Positions 1 to 15,500 of a stretch of 64,000 bases of DNA are shown one piece after another. Position 1 is the stretch's first letter. Each line of letters begins with the position of its first letter. The notes under the pieces are model-generated. The model searched no databases, was not told where the DNA came from, and was given only the letters and a program-made list of their open reading frames with translations. Position numbers and translations under genes: made by a program. Source of the stretch: the human T2T-CHM13v2.0 reference genome, Homo sapiens; the NCBI RefSeq assembly GCF_009914755.1, contig NC_060928.1. One strand, written 5' to 3'.

Positions 1-137
1 TACCAAGTGGTAAGGGCCATTAATCAATGACTTGCCAAATCAGAAATCCAGAAACAGAGATATAAAGCTTCTGATAAATTTGAAAACATAGAGACAAATA
101 AACATTTTAATGTGGGAAAAAGGAGGGATGGACATGA

Positions 138-482
<345 letters not shown>

Positions 483-1352
483 AGCAAGGCTTTTAAAATA
501 CAGTGTTTAATTCTTATGACATAATTTACTGTGATTTTAAAATAATAACCTGTTATGTGGGGGGTACTTCTTTGTTAATATTTAGAGATTTGTGAGGCTT
601 CAGAAAATATTCAATAACAAATACATTTTTTTAAACCATTGTTGGGGGTAGGGGGGTACCTTAAAGTCCTCGGGGAAAACCAAACTTGTATGGAGAAGGT
701 CTTCACAGTTCTAATTAGGATTGCAGTTTGGATTAAAAAGAATCATTCAGGGTTCTCCTGAAATTTCCTGAAAAGCAAAGCTGAATGGGGAGCACAACCA
801 GAAGGAGAGCACAGTTACTGGAGAGGCTAATGGCTTCTAGGAGGGTACGAACAAACCCCTCTGTCAAGATCCTGGCATTTTTCCTATGATGCACATCTTC
901 TAACCCAGTCATCATTTCTCCAACTGTGGCCTTTCTTGTGCTCCTAAAATAGTAACATAGGGATGATGTAATGAGGCACAAATGGTTGGTGAAGGTAGGA
1001 AAGTGGTCAGGAGAGGTAGAAGCTATTGCTGGTGTCAGAGAGATTGGAAATTTAACTCAGTCAGCAGTTGCATGAAGATGCCAAAGGGCACATGGGAAAT
1101 GCTTCCTTGAAAGTAGCACCAGGGAAAAGTAAGAGAAAACAAAGGACACTAGGATCCGTGGAGTTAGAATCCTTCTACTTGAATCTGCATACTATCATCA
1201 AAATCAACCCAATTATTCAGTAAACAGACATGTGATGAATTCCTACTGTGTATAAAAAACAGTGAAATAATTTTCTTATTGTAAGATATGATCACCATCC
1301 TCAAGAACATTTCAACCTATAAAGGAGTATTAGCATGTATAAAACCCAAAGA

Positions 1353-1654
<302 letters not shown>

Positions 1655-2754
1655 CAAAACAACTTTAAAACAAAACAAAGGCATTCCTTTAAAATCAAAC
1701 TTCCTTTAAAATAGAATTTATTATTTACTCCATGACGGGCTACGTTTGGGGCAGATATATAACTATGCAATGTGGAATGGCTACATTTGAGGTAGATGTA
1801 TAAATACGTTCTGACAACAGGCAGCATACAGAGCTTGCACTATTATTTGGTGGGAGAAGAAGGATGCAAAAAAGTTATAATTCTTTGACTATTTCTCTCC
1901 TATCTCATGGGCTTATTGCTTCCTTTAATGTCTCTTCTTCAAAGTCTTAAGAACTATTGTTCAAATTTAAGGCATTATTTTAAGTGCCACTTTTAAAGAA
2001 TGTTCTCAGTGAAAATTCCTCTTGAAATATCCCTAGTTATACTACTGATTCTGAGATACAGATGCATATATTATATATACATATAAATGTACATATGTAT
2101 ATATACATATATATGTACATATATAAATATATACACATGCCATACACATACCCCATGTATACATAACTAAATGGGTAATATAAAGACATGCTATAAAAGA
2201 ATTTTGCTATAACTACAAAGAAGGACTGCTCAGATAGAGTTGGTTCCTTCCCTCTTCATTCTTAATATTTAAAGTCAAATGCACAATTACCTTTTTGGAA
2301 AGGAGTCTTTTTTCTGATATAACACAAGGTACTTACCTCAAACTTGAACACAGTTTTTCCTAGAGTATTAAAATGATGTTTACATATTTATATTTTTCAT
2401 TAAAGAAATCATGTGAATTCTTTTTCACCAGATATATGATAACCATACTACTAGACTATGGAGCCTATAACTAGCCCCAAACTTTCTGCATTTGCTGACT
2501 CTGAAATTCCTCTTTGCAAATCTGCAAAGCATGACTAATGCAGGCTAGCATGTTGGTATGGGAAATTCACTAGCACTAATAACAACCACCACTTCTCAAT
2601 CCCTCTATGTGTGCCAGGCACTGTGCATGTATCATCTTTACATATATCACTTCATGCAATAGGTACAATGCTAAGTAAAAAACATGAGATGTATTTAAAA
2701 TACAGCCCAACTATATATTGTCATTTTAAATTAGCTTAAATAAACAAATGATTA

Positions 2755-2970
2755 CACATTGAGTATCCCTTAACCAAAATGCTTAGGACCAGAACTGTTT
2801 CAGATTTTTAGATTTTTCAGATGTTTGAATATCTGCATTATATATACTTACTGGTTGAGCATCTCTAATCCGAAAATCCAAAATCCAAAATGCACCAGTG
2901 AGCATTTTCTATGAGTGTCATGTTGCCATTCAAAATGTTTCAGATTTTCAGAACAGGGATACTGAACTTG
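2755..2970 (-). mobile_element. Tigger4a/MER46-like DNA transposon MITE
   Basis: Terminal inverted repeats (ttgagtatccct / agggatactgaa) flanked by TA; internal atccgaaaatccaaaatcc repeats. Confidence 0.8.
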
Positions 2971-5900
2971 TAGAAATAGTTACACACATAGGGATAGTCG
3001 AAAACTTTCCTAAATTTAGGCATATACTAAAGTAACTATAGAAGTTATCTAGAACACTGGACCAACTGGGTTTTCTTTTCCATTCAGTTTTCTTTCAGCA
3101 TTTGAAGTATGGCTTATTATAAAACTAACTTTAGAAACACACCCTCGCATTTTGTTTGAGGTACCTTTAGATCTTTAAGTTAGACAATGTCTATCTGAAT
3201 ATTTTTCTGTGTCAAATTCCAGTTGTAGCTAAAGTCACTCCTATTTGGTGAGGCTTGCTGAAAAGAAGGTAGATAAAATCCTCAATCCATTGAAGTATAC
3301 AGTTATACATATTAAAAGAATGATCTCATAACTGAAAATGATAGTTGTTACAACTGCAATTAAATATCGTCATTATGGCAAGCATTTAATGAGTAGTTAC
3401 TCTATGTCACACCAAATTATTTATATGCTTTATCTTTCCATTTAAAATTCATATTATACCCATTTTACAGCTGAAGTAAATGAGAAGTAAAATAATTTAT
3501 CTAAAATCAGATAGTACTTAATTAGTAGAGCCTGCATTTGAACAGGTCTAGAGACACCAAAGGCCACACGCTTTTCACTATGTTAAGGTGTCAACATTAA
3601 AAACCTTGACTAAACATAAAATGCTTGAACCATCACTTATATCAAATTCACGAACTCAAGAAAATATTCTTCTGACCCACCCATTTCCTGTTCTCCATAC
3701 CCCCCCACTCCCAAAAGATAGCTCATGCAGTTTTCCAAATATACACTAAAAATAAAGAGAAATAAAAGTGACATCTCAATACAAAATATAAATCCTTCAG
3801 CATCTTAAAAATAAACTTTTCTATAAAATATAGTGGAATAACTGAGGGACAAACATTAAAGAATAATGAACGTGCAAAAAAAATGCACTGCTGTCAGCAT
3901 TATACCTGGGTACAAATGTTAGAGCATCTTAGTTTAAAACAAATCAAGTTAAGCGCCTGTTTAGAAAAACACTTCCATGTACGGCATACATACCAGTGTT
4001 AGGAAGAAAAACAAACCCAGAAATTAATTAAGAAATGGGTGGTTTTACAGAGTGCTATAAGAAGAACTTTCTAATAAACTTTCTGTCTATACTTAGAGTG
4101 AAATCTTCCTACAGATTTCCTTCTCTCATTTACATATCTGTGCAGGCTTATTCTGTTTTTTTTTTTTTTTTTCCTTTCAAGCCCCTTTGCCCTTTCAATC
4201 ATGAAGCATATTACTCCACTGTCAGTGCAAAGCAGTTCCTAACAACAGGGAACCCAGCTGGGATAGGAAGAGGGCAGCGGGCTCATGCATTAACATAATA
4301 ATCCAACTGTGTTCCCATAGGCCCTTAGGGCAGACAGCATATTAGGTAGGCCTCCTGTGCAGACCCTGGTGGAAGCTGCCTTATCACCTGCCTATCAACC
4401 TGTGGCAGCTAGAGCTAGCTCAACAGCACCAGCTCCTGCCAAGCAGTGGTGCCCAATTACTTTACTACAAAAGACAGAAATCCATTTTTCTATGTCTGTT
4501 TAATGTACCCAATGCATTTCCTTATTTATGATTTGAATCTACATTTCTGCATCGTTTCCAGAGGATTGACTTATTGCCTTTTAACTTTTTAAAGTCTAGT
4601 TGTCTAAAGGCCATTCTGCAGCAGTAGGTAGGAATGAGACTGAAATGTGAATTTCAAATATAAAAGCCCAAGTTGGTAAAAAGCAAACCACTTGGTCACC
4701 GGTTGTCTAAAGATTCCTCAATCAATATAGAGGACTAGAAGTGTAAGGAAGATCTGAAAGGCAGTTATCACTATTTCCTCATGGGGATAAAAGTGAGGGT
4801 ACTCCTATACTAATGTCTCTTTTAAATGTAGTTTTTAATTCTAATCCAAGCACATCCTAAGGTTCCCATAAAGCAGAAACCTTTGTGCATGCTGATTCCA
4901 ATAAGAAAAGTTGTGGACAGATTACTACAACCGGCTGACGGTATAATCAAAAAAGACATGTCAAAATTATTTTGTTTAATCTCAAATGATTATTGAAAAC
5001 AGTTTTTTTTAAAAAAGGCTGACCCACTGACATGCTTTTTACTGTTTGCATGTATGACATATATGTTTTATTTTAATGCTGCTTAGTTCCTAGAATGTTT
5101 TATCTGTGTGTGATTTTCTTTCCAAGCTATGATATATATCAAGTAAGGAAAAGCTGAAGGGTATATTCCACTGAAAATTTCTATTTACCACGTTACATAA
5201 GATCATCTTTAAAACACCTTAACAGATGTTTGAAATCATAATTCATTTCAGTGAATTAAATATAGTCTCATTCCTTGAAATTTCCCCTTAAAAAGGTTGC
5301 AAAGAAGGGGTATAATTTGACATTTAATTTAACAGGAAAAAGTGCTTTTAGAAGTATTCTAAATAATGCTATTTAAAAGAGCATGAGACTACCAATTTGG
5401 CTAGGGAAACATTTTCTACTAATCAAGTATTTTAAAAAAAAATGAGTTTCTAGAAATCTTACATTTTTTTTACTGGTATTTTAATAAAAAAATGGATCCT
5501 GCAGTCAAACAAAAGTACATTTTCCTAACATTTCTTTGAATTTTAAATGTTAGGGAATCAACACTATTATTTATAGCAACCAACCTGATATACTTTATAT
5601 ACATTCTAATAATTAACCAAAATTAAGTATCAAGGGCTATGGCACTGATTTTCACTGGCACAGTTATCTCTGTTACCTTAACAGTTTTTGCAACACATTA
5701 AAGAGGTGAGCTTGACCATTCTGCAACTTCTCAGTTCTTTGGATTACTCCCATACATGCCAGAGAGGGTTTTATATAAAGTAAATATCCTCCTTATGTTG
5801 AAGAAAGTTGTTCTTTACTAAACAACCTGAGGAAAAGTCAAATAAAAGAGGAAAAAAAAAAAACTAGAAGAATTTTTCCTTCCATAAGTAAATCCTGAGC

Positions 5901-8900
5901 TATTTAATAGTCTCTAAATAATACACAACAATATATTGTTGATGAAAGTATAAATACAAAATACTAAACTCCATTTTAAATATTAATGCTTACATATGTG
6001 TTAAACAACAAAATTATACACATCCCTTCTTGATCTTTTGGGGATTCCAGGGACTCTTTATTCTTCAAGAATTCTTACATTTTGACAAAATGTAATGCAT
6101 CTTCCAAGTCATTAAGTATAGAAACTTGACTTTTGATTAACAAACAATCAACAGCAGCCATGTGGTGACAGGATAAATAGTGGCCAGACTTTACCACTTT
6201 TTAAATTCCTTAAAGAGGTACATTTCCACTCTAGGGTAAACAAAAGAAAAGCATGTATATGAAATAGAAATCTAGTTATGCCATCACTAAGAACTTGATT
6301 TTATCTTAAATAGCAACTTATGCAGCTAGAATAATTTGGTCTCTAAAGGGTGGTAAAGAAGGCCATAAGGACAGAATTATAGTATGATTTCCAGCATTAG
6401 CAATTCAACTTTGGATAAGCTTAAAATTTATAAAACTTATAAAATTTACAAAAGTAAAGATAAATGAAGAAAGTGTTATTTAAAAATTTAAGTGAGAGTA
6501 AATACAAATAGAAAATCATGTGAAAGAAACATATTTATGTTTACGTGTGATATACTAATTTTAAAATGTGCCTCCCAACCCCCAACAGCTGTTTCTATAG
6601 GCTGCACATTCCTATATTTGAAATAAGCCACATCTTCATTTTGATAGTACCAGAGCATTCCCTTCCCTCCAGAGAATTACCTAGAAAGGACCTTCCTTTT
6701 CCAATGAAAACCATTTGATTCCTAAGAACTTTATCTACCCAGTTCAATCTGGTGGTATAGCTATGGCTTCAGAGATGGTTTGCAGCTAGTATTTTTTGAC
6801 ATTTCTGCCAAGGATAAGATTAAGTATGAGATATCGAAATTACACGTTAAAATAGATGCCATTTTACTTTGTTTCTTCCTGAATAGCCCTTCAGCTGTAG
6901 AGGCACATACATTTTTCCCCAGGCAAAATCCCCAGGCTAAAATAACTGAGCCTCATATCTTCAGGAAACCCAGCTTCCCAAACATTATTCTTAGGTATCT
7001 GATTATCTATCAGCTGTAGTTTCATTTTGTATTTAATCATGTAAATCTTACTTGAAAAAAAGAAAAATAATCCACTTAAAACGTTTCCTGTCAACCACTC
7101 ATATTAATCAATGGCAATACTTAATTTTCTATTATAGCTTTTTAAAATGTTGATCTTTATTTTAGCAACAGAGTTAGAAGTCACAAGGATTCATGAACTG
7201 ATCATTTTTGTTCCCCAAACATCCTTGCCTTCCACGATTGCCCTTCTTGAGCAACATGCTACGCACTGGAGAAAGGACACTCCCATTTGCCAAGATCTAA
7301 TACTATCACTTTGCAACCTCAGCCTCTTGGACAACTTAAGCGTCAAAGACCACCATTCTAAACAGTAACAGATGTTTCAAAGCTATTACTCCAAACCTCA
7401 GGTGAAGATAAATATAACTTTAAATGAAAACTACAGAAATTGATCAAACAAGTAAAAAAAATAAATACCTCAAAAAACCTTTCAATCCATCACGAACTAA
7501 AAAGATTTTAAGACTGTATACACAACCTTGAAGCTTTTAAAATTAAGAGAAATTAAACCGCATATTAAATCTTCACATTCTAACAAAGCCAACTGAATTT
7601 ATATTGCAAGCACATATTTTATCATAAAAAGTTTACAGATGACTACCTCAACACCCATGCAAGTACTAAATCATTATGCATTAAGCTGCTAAAGGTGTTT
7701 TTAGAAAGAGATCTGAATTGCCTGCCTTTACAGTTTACCTCTTATTTCAAATCAGAACGCTTCCTGAAAAGCTACAGATAGGAGATAGGATGAAGAAACA
7801 GAATTAACACCTAAAAGATGAAGAAAACTAAATAAAACATGAGAAGGTAGAGGAGGAGGCAATGTAAAAAGAAATCTATGAATGAGGAAGGTAGAGTAAG
7901 TAAAGAGTAGCAACCAGAAAACTAACACTCTTCACCTCCTTAAATTTGATAATACCTATTTTTTAAAGCACAATTAAACACTTCTCTGTAGAGTGTTGTG
8001 GAAGATACGCTGCACAAAGAGATGATAGGTGCAGTAATGGCCCATGAGGTAAATAAGGCGGAGGCGAGAGGCAGGGCACCAATGGCCAATGCAAAATAAA
8101 TACATTAAGAAGTAAGTGGTCAGCAGTATTGACAACTTCTGAAAGACAAAACGAGGCGTTACCTTTCAGTCTTCTCTTTAGCAAATGCCCGTTTAAATTG
8201 TGTGTGTGTTGGTGTGTGTGTGCATGTGCATGTGTCTTGGGGTGAACGGTAAAGGGGAGGCACATGTGGAGTTACCTGAAGAGGAGAAACGTAAACAGCA
8301 CCCTGAGCCACAGTCTAGTGGGATGCTGGATCTCCTTTCTTTTGGACTTTAGTTCTAGAACTATGACTTGCATTGCCTCAGATCAAATCTTACTATTAAA
8401 AAACTTCAAGGAACTGATGGAATTATGGTTTTCTCTAATATTACTTGCTTAAAGTAATCCATTACTTAGGGCTTAGGAATATTTATGGTAAAGTGACCAT
8501 CACTGACTCAACTTACATTCAAAACAGGAAGACAGTTAACTAGACTGGTTTAGTGATAGCAAATGGTGTTGTTCACAGTGGGGGAAGCCAGTAGCAGAAA
8601 CACAGGTGTAAAGAGTGAAAAACACAGATCACCCTTTGTCACTGAAGTAACAACAAATTCTGCTCTGAAAAAAAAAAATACAGTTGTTTCTCCAGTTCTT
8701 TGTACAATAAGCCAGTTTTATTCTTGCTTCAATACTTAAATCTAGAAACAAAGATATAAATCAATTAATCCTTATAAACTGCTCCTAGGAGCTTCATTTT
8801 CCTCAAGGAATTAAAAGAAGCCTTGACCACTACACAAAGAATATGAAATCTCTGCACTAAATTGCTAACACATATCTCCAATTAGATTTAAAGACATTTT

Positions 8901-11214
8901 TACAGCTTTTATGCCAAGTTTATATTACTAGATGCTAAAGAATGCGTTGTAGCGCTTAAAAGCTCTAAAGCTGACTAATCATGCTCTTGATAACAATGGT
9001 TTATGATTACATCTCAGGAAAAGCAAGAATAAGGCTTTTACACACTTTTGTTGTTACATGATAATGTTAAACAGAAACAAAAACAAGTAGCAAAGTCAAC
9101 CAAAATCTTTTGTTTTCTTTTCTGATACTCTCATCTAGAGGCTAAAAACTCAAAAGTTATAATTAGAGTTTTACTCATCCCTTGCATAAATTCAGCTGAA
9201 AGTTTTTAGGGGCTCTAGAATTAAGAATAACCTAAAATAGCAAATGCATTTGTATTTTCCAATTTTGTACATGTCTAAGTAATGCAAGATTATATCATAA
9301 AAGCAAACAGGTAAAGGATAACAAGAATTTTTAATTAGCATTTCATTAGTAATACCAATGTGAAAAGAAAGAGGTCAACTATTAATAAGATACAGATTTC
9401 CCACCACTGGGATTTATTCTGAATTCATTTTAGGAACAGGAAGCTGTGATCTAAAAATCACCACTCTAAAACAGATAAAAGTTGAAATACTTGTGCTTAA
9501 AAAAGATTAGGAATTTAAGAATAGCTTTTTGTACATACAAACCATGTAGTTCCTAACTATTGATGTATAATTTTAACTTAGAACCATAATGCCCATTCAT
9601 TTCATGATAAATGATAACACACTTGATAGCGTATCTATTTGGGAGAAGAATAATGGCTTAGAGATTTCAATCAAGCACGAGAGTACCTTTTCATTTCTCT
9701 TTTTTGGTGTGTGCACTTAATACTGCACAAAAGAAAACATATCAAAACAGAAATATACTCACTAAAATTTAAGGTTATTCCAACAAAAGGGTTAATTAGA
9801 GAAACAAATTTTCTCAGACTGTTAATAATGGGAATGACACATACTATGTGCCCATAAGTAATTCTCAGGTATCTTTGATCTTCAGCCCCACGCGGTTTCT
9901 GTTGCCTACCATAGCCTGGCCTCTGGGACTCTCTCAGAACCAGACATCTGGCTACTTTGTTGTTTTAGACTAATCTCCTCCCAGGAGAGCTCAAGAAATG
10001 ACACCAGGCAAGGAGGGTCCTGGCAAGGGAAAAAACATTACAGTATTAGCAGATTTCTTTTTGAGTGGACAAGAGTATCAAAATTGTTTTCAAATTTCTA
10101 CAGGGGTCTTAGGAGCTCTTCTGTTCTGTGGTTTTACTGTGGCAAAATTTAAATAGGATGTACATATTATACCTTTAAGGCCCATCAATCATCTTTAAGA
10201 ATTCACTGAATGTTAATCATAGAATATTACAATATGTAGCAGAAAGTTGTGGGGAAAAATACAAATCAGATTAATTCCTCACCCATCTGTTGGGGTTGGG
10301 TGATGACTGATAAAACAAAGATTTTAATTGTCAGCTGAAGGGTTACACCAAAATTGTGGGACAATGTCTAAGATTTGTAAATACAGTTGCATGCTTCCCA
10401 TTATGCCAAATCCCTATCCTATTTCTTCTAGCTGGGATTTTTGAAAGATTCATAGCTACTAATCTACTAAAAAGGTTTTATTAAAGTGGGCTTCTGTAAA
10501 GTGCCTCTGAGGAAACCGAGAAAGAGCAAGAAGAAATGATATGAGCTTTAGAAATAAAAATAAAACACTGATGTCAAGGACAAAGTGTTATATTCATAGT
10601 CACAATATCACCAACATTTTTCCCAAGAAAACAAAAATAATCATCAACATCTAAGTATCATTTTAGGCATTAATGTTCAATCTCAAAAATCTACATGGTT
10701 TGAATAAGAAAAAAATTGCCATTTGTTATACAAATAGAATATAAGCCAAGTGGAAAACAGCTTAATTTGTGAACTTTGATATTTTATCCTAAAATATCAC
10801 ATTTTACCTGTTTCTAACATATAATTACAGATTTGGATAATGTATAAAATCAAATGTTACCCTGCAATATGATATTTATATTGTTTTACAGGATGATAGA
10901 AAACTCACCAGATTGCCAAAATACCCAACGCACTCATCTCTGATCTATTATTAAGAGAAATTGGGCATTTTAGGTTTCAATTATCTTCGTAATAATCAAA
11001 GCATATAGCTATATTGTGACTTCAGCTTTGTACTATATTTCGTAGGTTAGCAATTCTAATACCCTACTTTATCATAACACTACCTACTCTGTTCATATCC
11101 ATTATAATTAAAACAGATGAAAATGTTCAGAAGATAAATATAAAAAAGATAATCTTAGGTAATCATAATTCATTTATGATTAATTTCCCAAGTAAATACA
11201 AAAGAATTGTGTTA

Positions 11215-11500
11215 CAATGGAATAAGCCAGTTATAATGGGACAATATTGTATGATTCTATTTATATGAGGTTTCTAGAATAGTCAAATTCATAGAGACAA
11301 AAAGTAGACTGGTAGTTGCCAGAGGGTGGGGGAAGGGAGTATGGAGACCAGTTGTTTAATGAATGGGTATACAGTTTCAGCTTAGGAAGATGAAAAAGTT
11401 ACAGAGATGGATGATGGTGGTTACACAACAATATGAATATACTTGATGCCACTGAACTGTATACTTAAAAATTATTTTACCACAATTCAAAAAAATTGTT
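11215..11500 (+). mobile_element. L1MB/L1MC 3' end fragment
   Basis: gtcaaattcatagagac...gtagactggtagttgccag...ccactgaactgtatacttaaaa, typical of old L1 3' UTRs. Confidence 0.75.
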
Positions 11501-12054
11501 AGAAAAATGATATAAAAACCCAAAGACAATAAAAATTCCAATATCTTTTGTTTAGACTGTTGCCCTTTGACCAAAGATGCACAAAGTTTATGAGAAGCAT
11601 TATACCACATGTTAATGTATACATTCAACATTCAAAAAACATTCAACATTCAAAAAACAAACAAAAAAAGCAGAATATCTGTCTCGGAATATTTTAACAA
11701 AATAGATTCCAGAAAGAATGTTTTCAAAAATTCCCCTAGATGTCTGACTTTTGTACATAGTATAAGGCATACTGCAGCTAAATAACAAAACTATTCTTAA
11801 TATTAATGTGTATTTCTAAAAGAATCCAAAGGTTAGAAAATTCAAAACAACTAGATTTTTTATAATACCACATTGTTGTTATTAATATAACTATTAAGTT
11901 ATATTAGACTCAAAAAGTAATTCAGCTCTTCAGTAATTCAATACCTACTAGATATCACATTATTTTAAATTATATTCAGTGTAGTTCCAATGTTAAATGT
12001 CCTTTATTATATTCTACTATTTGAAAATTATAACCTTATATATTTTATATAAAT

Positions 12055-12480
12055 TGTGCTTCAGTTTGCTGTATTTAAAAAATTACCCCCAAATAACAGT
12101 AGATTATACAAAGAGATGCTCATTTCTCTTTCGTGTAAAAGATGTCCCAAGGTAGGCAATCCAGGGCTGGCATGGCAGCTCCATAGCCAAAAGGACCCCA
12201 CGTCCTATTCTTGCTGCTCCATTGTCATTAGCAGGCATCTCATGAGCCAAGAATGCTCCTCAAGCTCTAATCAAATCAACATTCCAGTAAGCAGAAAGAT
12301 GAAGAAAAAATGAAGGCTGGTATATAATACCAGCCTTAGTATATAAAATACTTTTATTTACATCTTAAAAGCAATAATTTAGTCACATGGCCAAATAGAA
12401 CACCAGGAAGTCTAGTAGATAAATATGACATTTCAGCTGGGTGCCAGCTAAAAGTTGGGGTTCCGTTCTAAAGATGAAGT
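12055..12480. mobile_element. Old MaLR LTR (MLT1J/K-like)
   Basis: ggtaggcaatccagggctggcatggcagctcc and tagtcacatggcc motifs. Confidence 0.5.
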
Positions 12481-12514
12481 TGAGGTCGATAATTGAAAGC
12501 AACCAGAAGAGCAA

Positions 12515-15500
12515 TGTCAGCAAGATGGCTGACAGGAAGCTGCTAGGGATCTTTCTCTCCCACCAAAAAAAAACCCAAAATAATGAATAAGCAACTGCAT
12601 ATTTACCAAAATAGCTAAAGGAGAGCACCAGAGAACAGCAAATAAACAGGAAAAACCATGGAAAGTACAAAAACCTGAGATGGCTGCACAGAGAAGGGAA
12701 GGAAACCTCAGGTCTCCTGTACACCAGAGCAGCATTCTCCCAACCCCAGAGGTGACACCGCATCCTGCCCACCAAAGGACTCCAACCCTCCAGCACACCA
12801 GAGCAGTTGTACTTCTGAGTACCATACCTGATGTGGCACCCCACCCTCGAGAATACAGAAGCTCCCCGGACTGCTGTAGCCATGCTTTCTGGGGCTAAGC
12901 AGATGCAGTAATTCCCATCCCAAGGATTCAGAGCCCTGGCTAAGCCATGCCACCCCACTCCCCAGTCCAAATAGGCACAGTGTCATGCCTACCTGGCACA
13001 TAATGAGTGCCCCACAGTCCAAGCTGCTGAAGCACCCCATCTCTCCAGAGAGTAAAGTCATTGCTGCACTGTGCCCCACGCCCCACAAGCCAAAGTGGCA
13101 TCTTACCATGCCTGGGTCCTTGCTGCTGCTGCTGCTGCTGCACTTTGTGTCACAGAACCTGGGCCATGGCCATGTTCTACCATTTCGGGGTCCAGAGTCA
13201 CCTCATCCCCCAGAGCCTGAGTTACCACTGTGCCTCGTGGCTCCAGGTCCCAAATTGCAGCTGTGCTCTGTTCCCTGGGCCTGAGCCTCTGGAGCACCCC
13301 TTCTTCCCAAGAGTTATGCAAGTACTATGCTGTGCCCCCCAGGGGCAGTACCATAACTGCATCCCAGCCCAGGGTTTGGGCTGCTAGGGTATGCTTCAGA
13401 GCAACGGACCCCAGCCTAGTGAGAGAACTGCATCCAATCATGCCTTGGAGAGTGAAGTTGTGCCTCAAGTCCCAGGTGCTAATAGTAATCTCAAAAGATC
13501 CTGAGCCCAAGAACCTGGATCCATAGCCACCCTGAGCACCTGTGCCATGAATAACAGTGCTGCTGTGGCTGCCTTTGAGCTATGCAGACCCAACACCTAA
13601 AGAGATCCTCTCAGCTAAGACTCCAAATTGTATGAAAAACAAAAACAGAAAAATCCCTAAAGTCCCTGCCCTAATAAGCTGTGAAACCACCACCACAGAG
13701 GCACCCACAGTCATTACTAATACTGATCACAACTAAAGAAGCTGTACAAAGATTTCACCATTGCACCAATACAAAACCAGAGCCACTATAATCTGTCCAA
13801 CTGCCACCCTTAGGCTCATCTTCAGGGACAAGTCTTCCCCCAATGAAAGCCACTCTATAAAGTTTGGAAGAGGTGATCGTACCATCAGATGCACAGACAT
13901 CAATGCAAAAACACAAGACACATGAAAAAATAAGGAAGAATGATACCACCAAAGGAACTAAATGATTCTCTAGTAACTGATGCAACAGAAAGAGAAATTT
14001 ACTAATTATCTGAAGAGGAATTTAAAAATAATGATCTTAAGGAAACTCAGCAAGATATAAAAGAATACAGATAGACAATTTAATGAAATCAGGAAAATAA
14101 TTCATGATCTGAATAACAAATTCATAAAGAAATAGATATCATAAAAAATAATCAAACAGAAATCTTGAAGCTGAAGACTTCAATCAATAAAATAAAAAAT
14201 GAAATATAGAGCCTCAATAGCACACTCCATTGAGCAGAAGAAATAACCTGTGAAGTTGAAGAAAGGACTTTAGAAATGACTCAGTCAGAAGAAAAAATAA
14301 GAAAAAAAAAAAGGCAAAAGAGTGAAGAAAGCCTATGGGACTTATGGGATGCCACTAGGCCAACAGATTTTTGGCATTATGGGAGTTCCAGAGAAGAGAC
14401 AGAGAATGCTAAAAACTTTCCAAGCCTTGGCAGAGACAGAGGCATCCATATCTATGAAGCTCAAAGTTCCCAAATTGATCGAATCCAAAGAAGAATTCTC
14501 CCAGGGGCATTATAATCAAACTGTCAAAAGTCAAAGACAAACAGAAAACTTTAAAAGCAACAAAAGAGTCAAGTCACACATAAAGGAGTCTCCATTTGAC
14601 TACCAGTGGATTTCTCAGGAAAAATCTTATAGGCCAACAGAGAGTGGAATGATATATTCAAAGTACTGAAAGAAAAAAAAAACTGACAACCAAGAATACT
14701 ATATCCCCAAAGCTGTCTTTTCAGAAAGGAAGGAGAAAATTTTTCATAGACAAGCAAAAGCTGAGGGAATTCATTACCACTAGGCCTGTCTTACAAGAAG
14801 TACTAAAAGGAGTTCCTTACGTGGAAATGAAAGGACAATAATTACTATCATGAATACATATGAAAGTATAAAACTTCCCAGTAGAGGTAAATATATAAAC
14901 AAATCTAGAATACTCCAACACTGTAGTGATGGTGTGTAAATCATACATATTTCTAGTATGAAGGTTAAAAGTCAAAACAGTGAAAATTAAAGCTATAATA
15001 CATTGTTAAGGAATACACAACATTAGAAGATGTAAATTTTAAGATTAAAAACATAAATGGGGTAAGGTAAATGGCTAAAGTTCTTGTATGTGACAGAAAA
15101 ATTGTTATCAGCTTACAACAGTAGTTTATAAGATGTTTTATCTAAACCTCATAGTAACCACACACACACACAAAAAAACCCTACATCATATATACAAACA
15201 ATAAAGTGAAAGAAATCAAAGTATAGCAATATAGAAAATGATCAAATCACAAAGGAAGACAAGAGAGGAAGAAAGGAATAAAGAACAAAACAACCAGAAA
15301 ACAAGTAACAAAAGGTAATAGTAAGTCCTTACCTATCTCTAATAACCTTGAATGTAAATGGATTAAATTTTCTAATAAAAAAGACATAGAGAGGATGATT
15401 GGATTAAAAAAAAACCCAGATCCAGCTACATGCTGCCTACAAGAGACATACCTAAGCTTTAAGAAGACATATAAGCTGAAAGTAAAATGATAGAAGATAT

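Noticed and set aside
11621-11656. 18-bp tandem duplication, and similar short repeats near 20347-20398 and 49820-49858
   Set aside because: Ordinary slippage products
12383-13526. Cluster of overlapping 70-195 aa ORFs, including poly-Q/L/C from (TGC)7 at 13121-13141
   Set aside because: GC-rich L1M 5' UTR; ORFs in all frames, no recognisable protein
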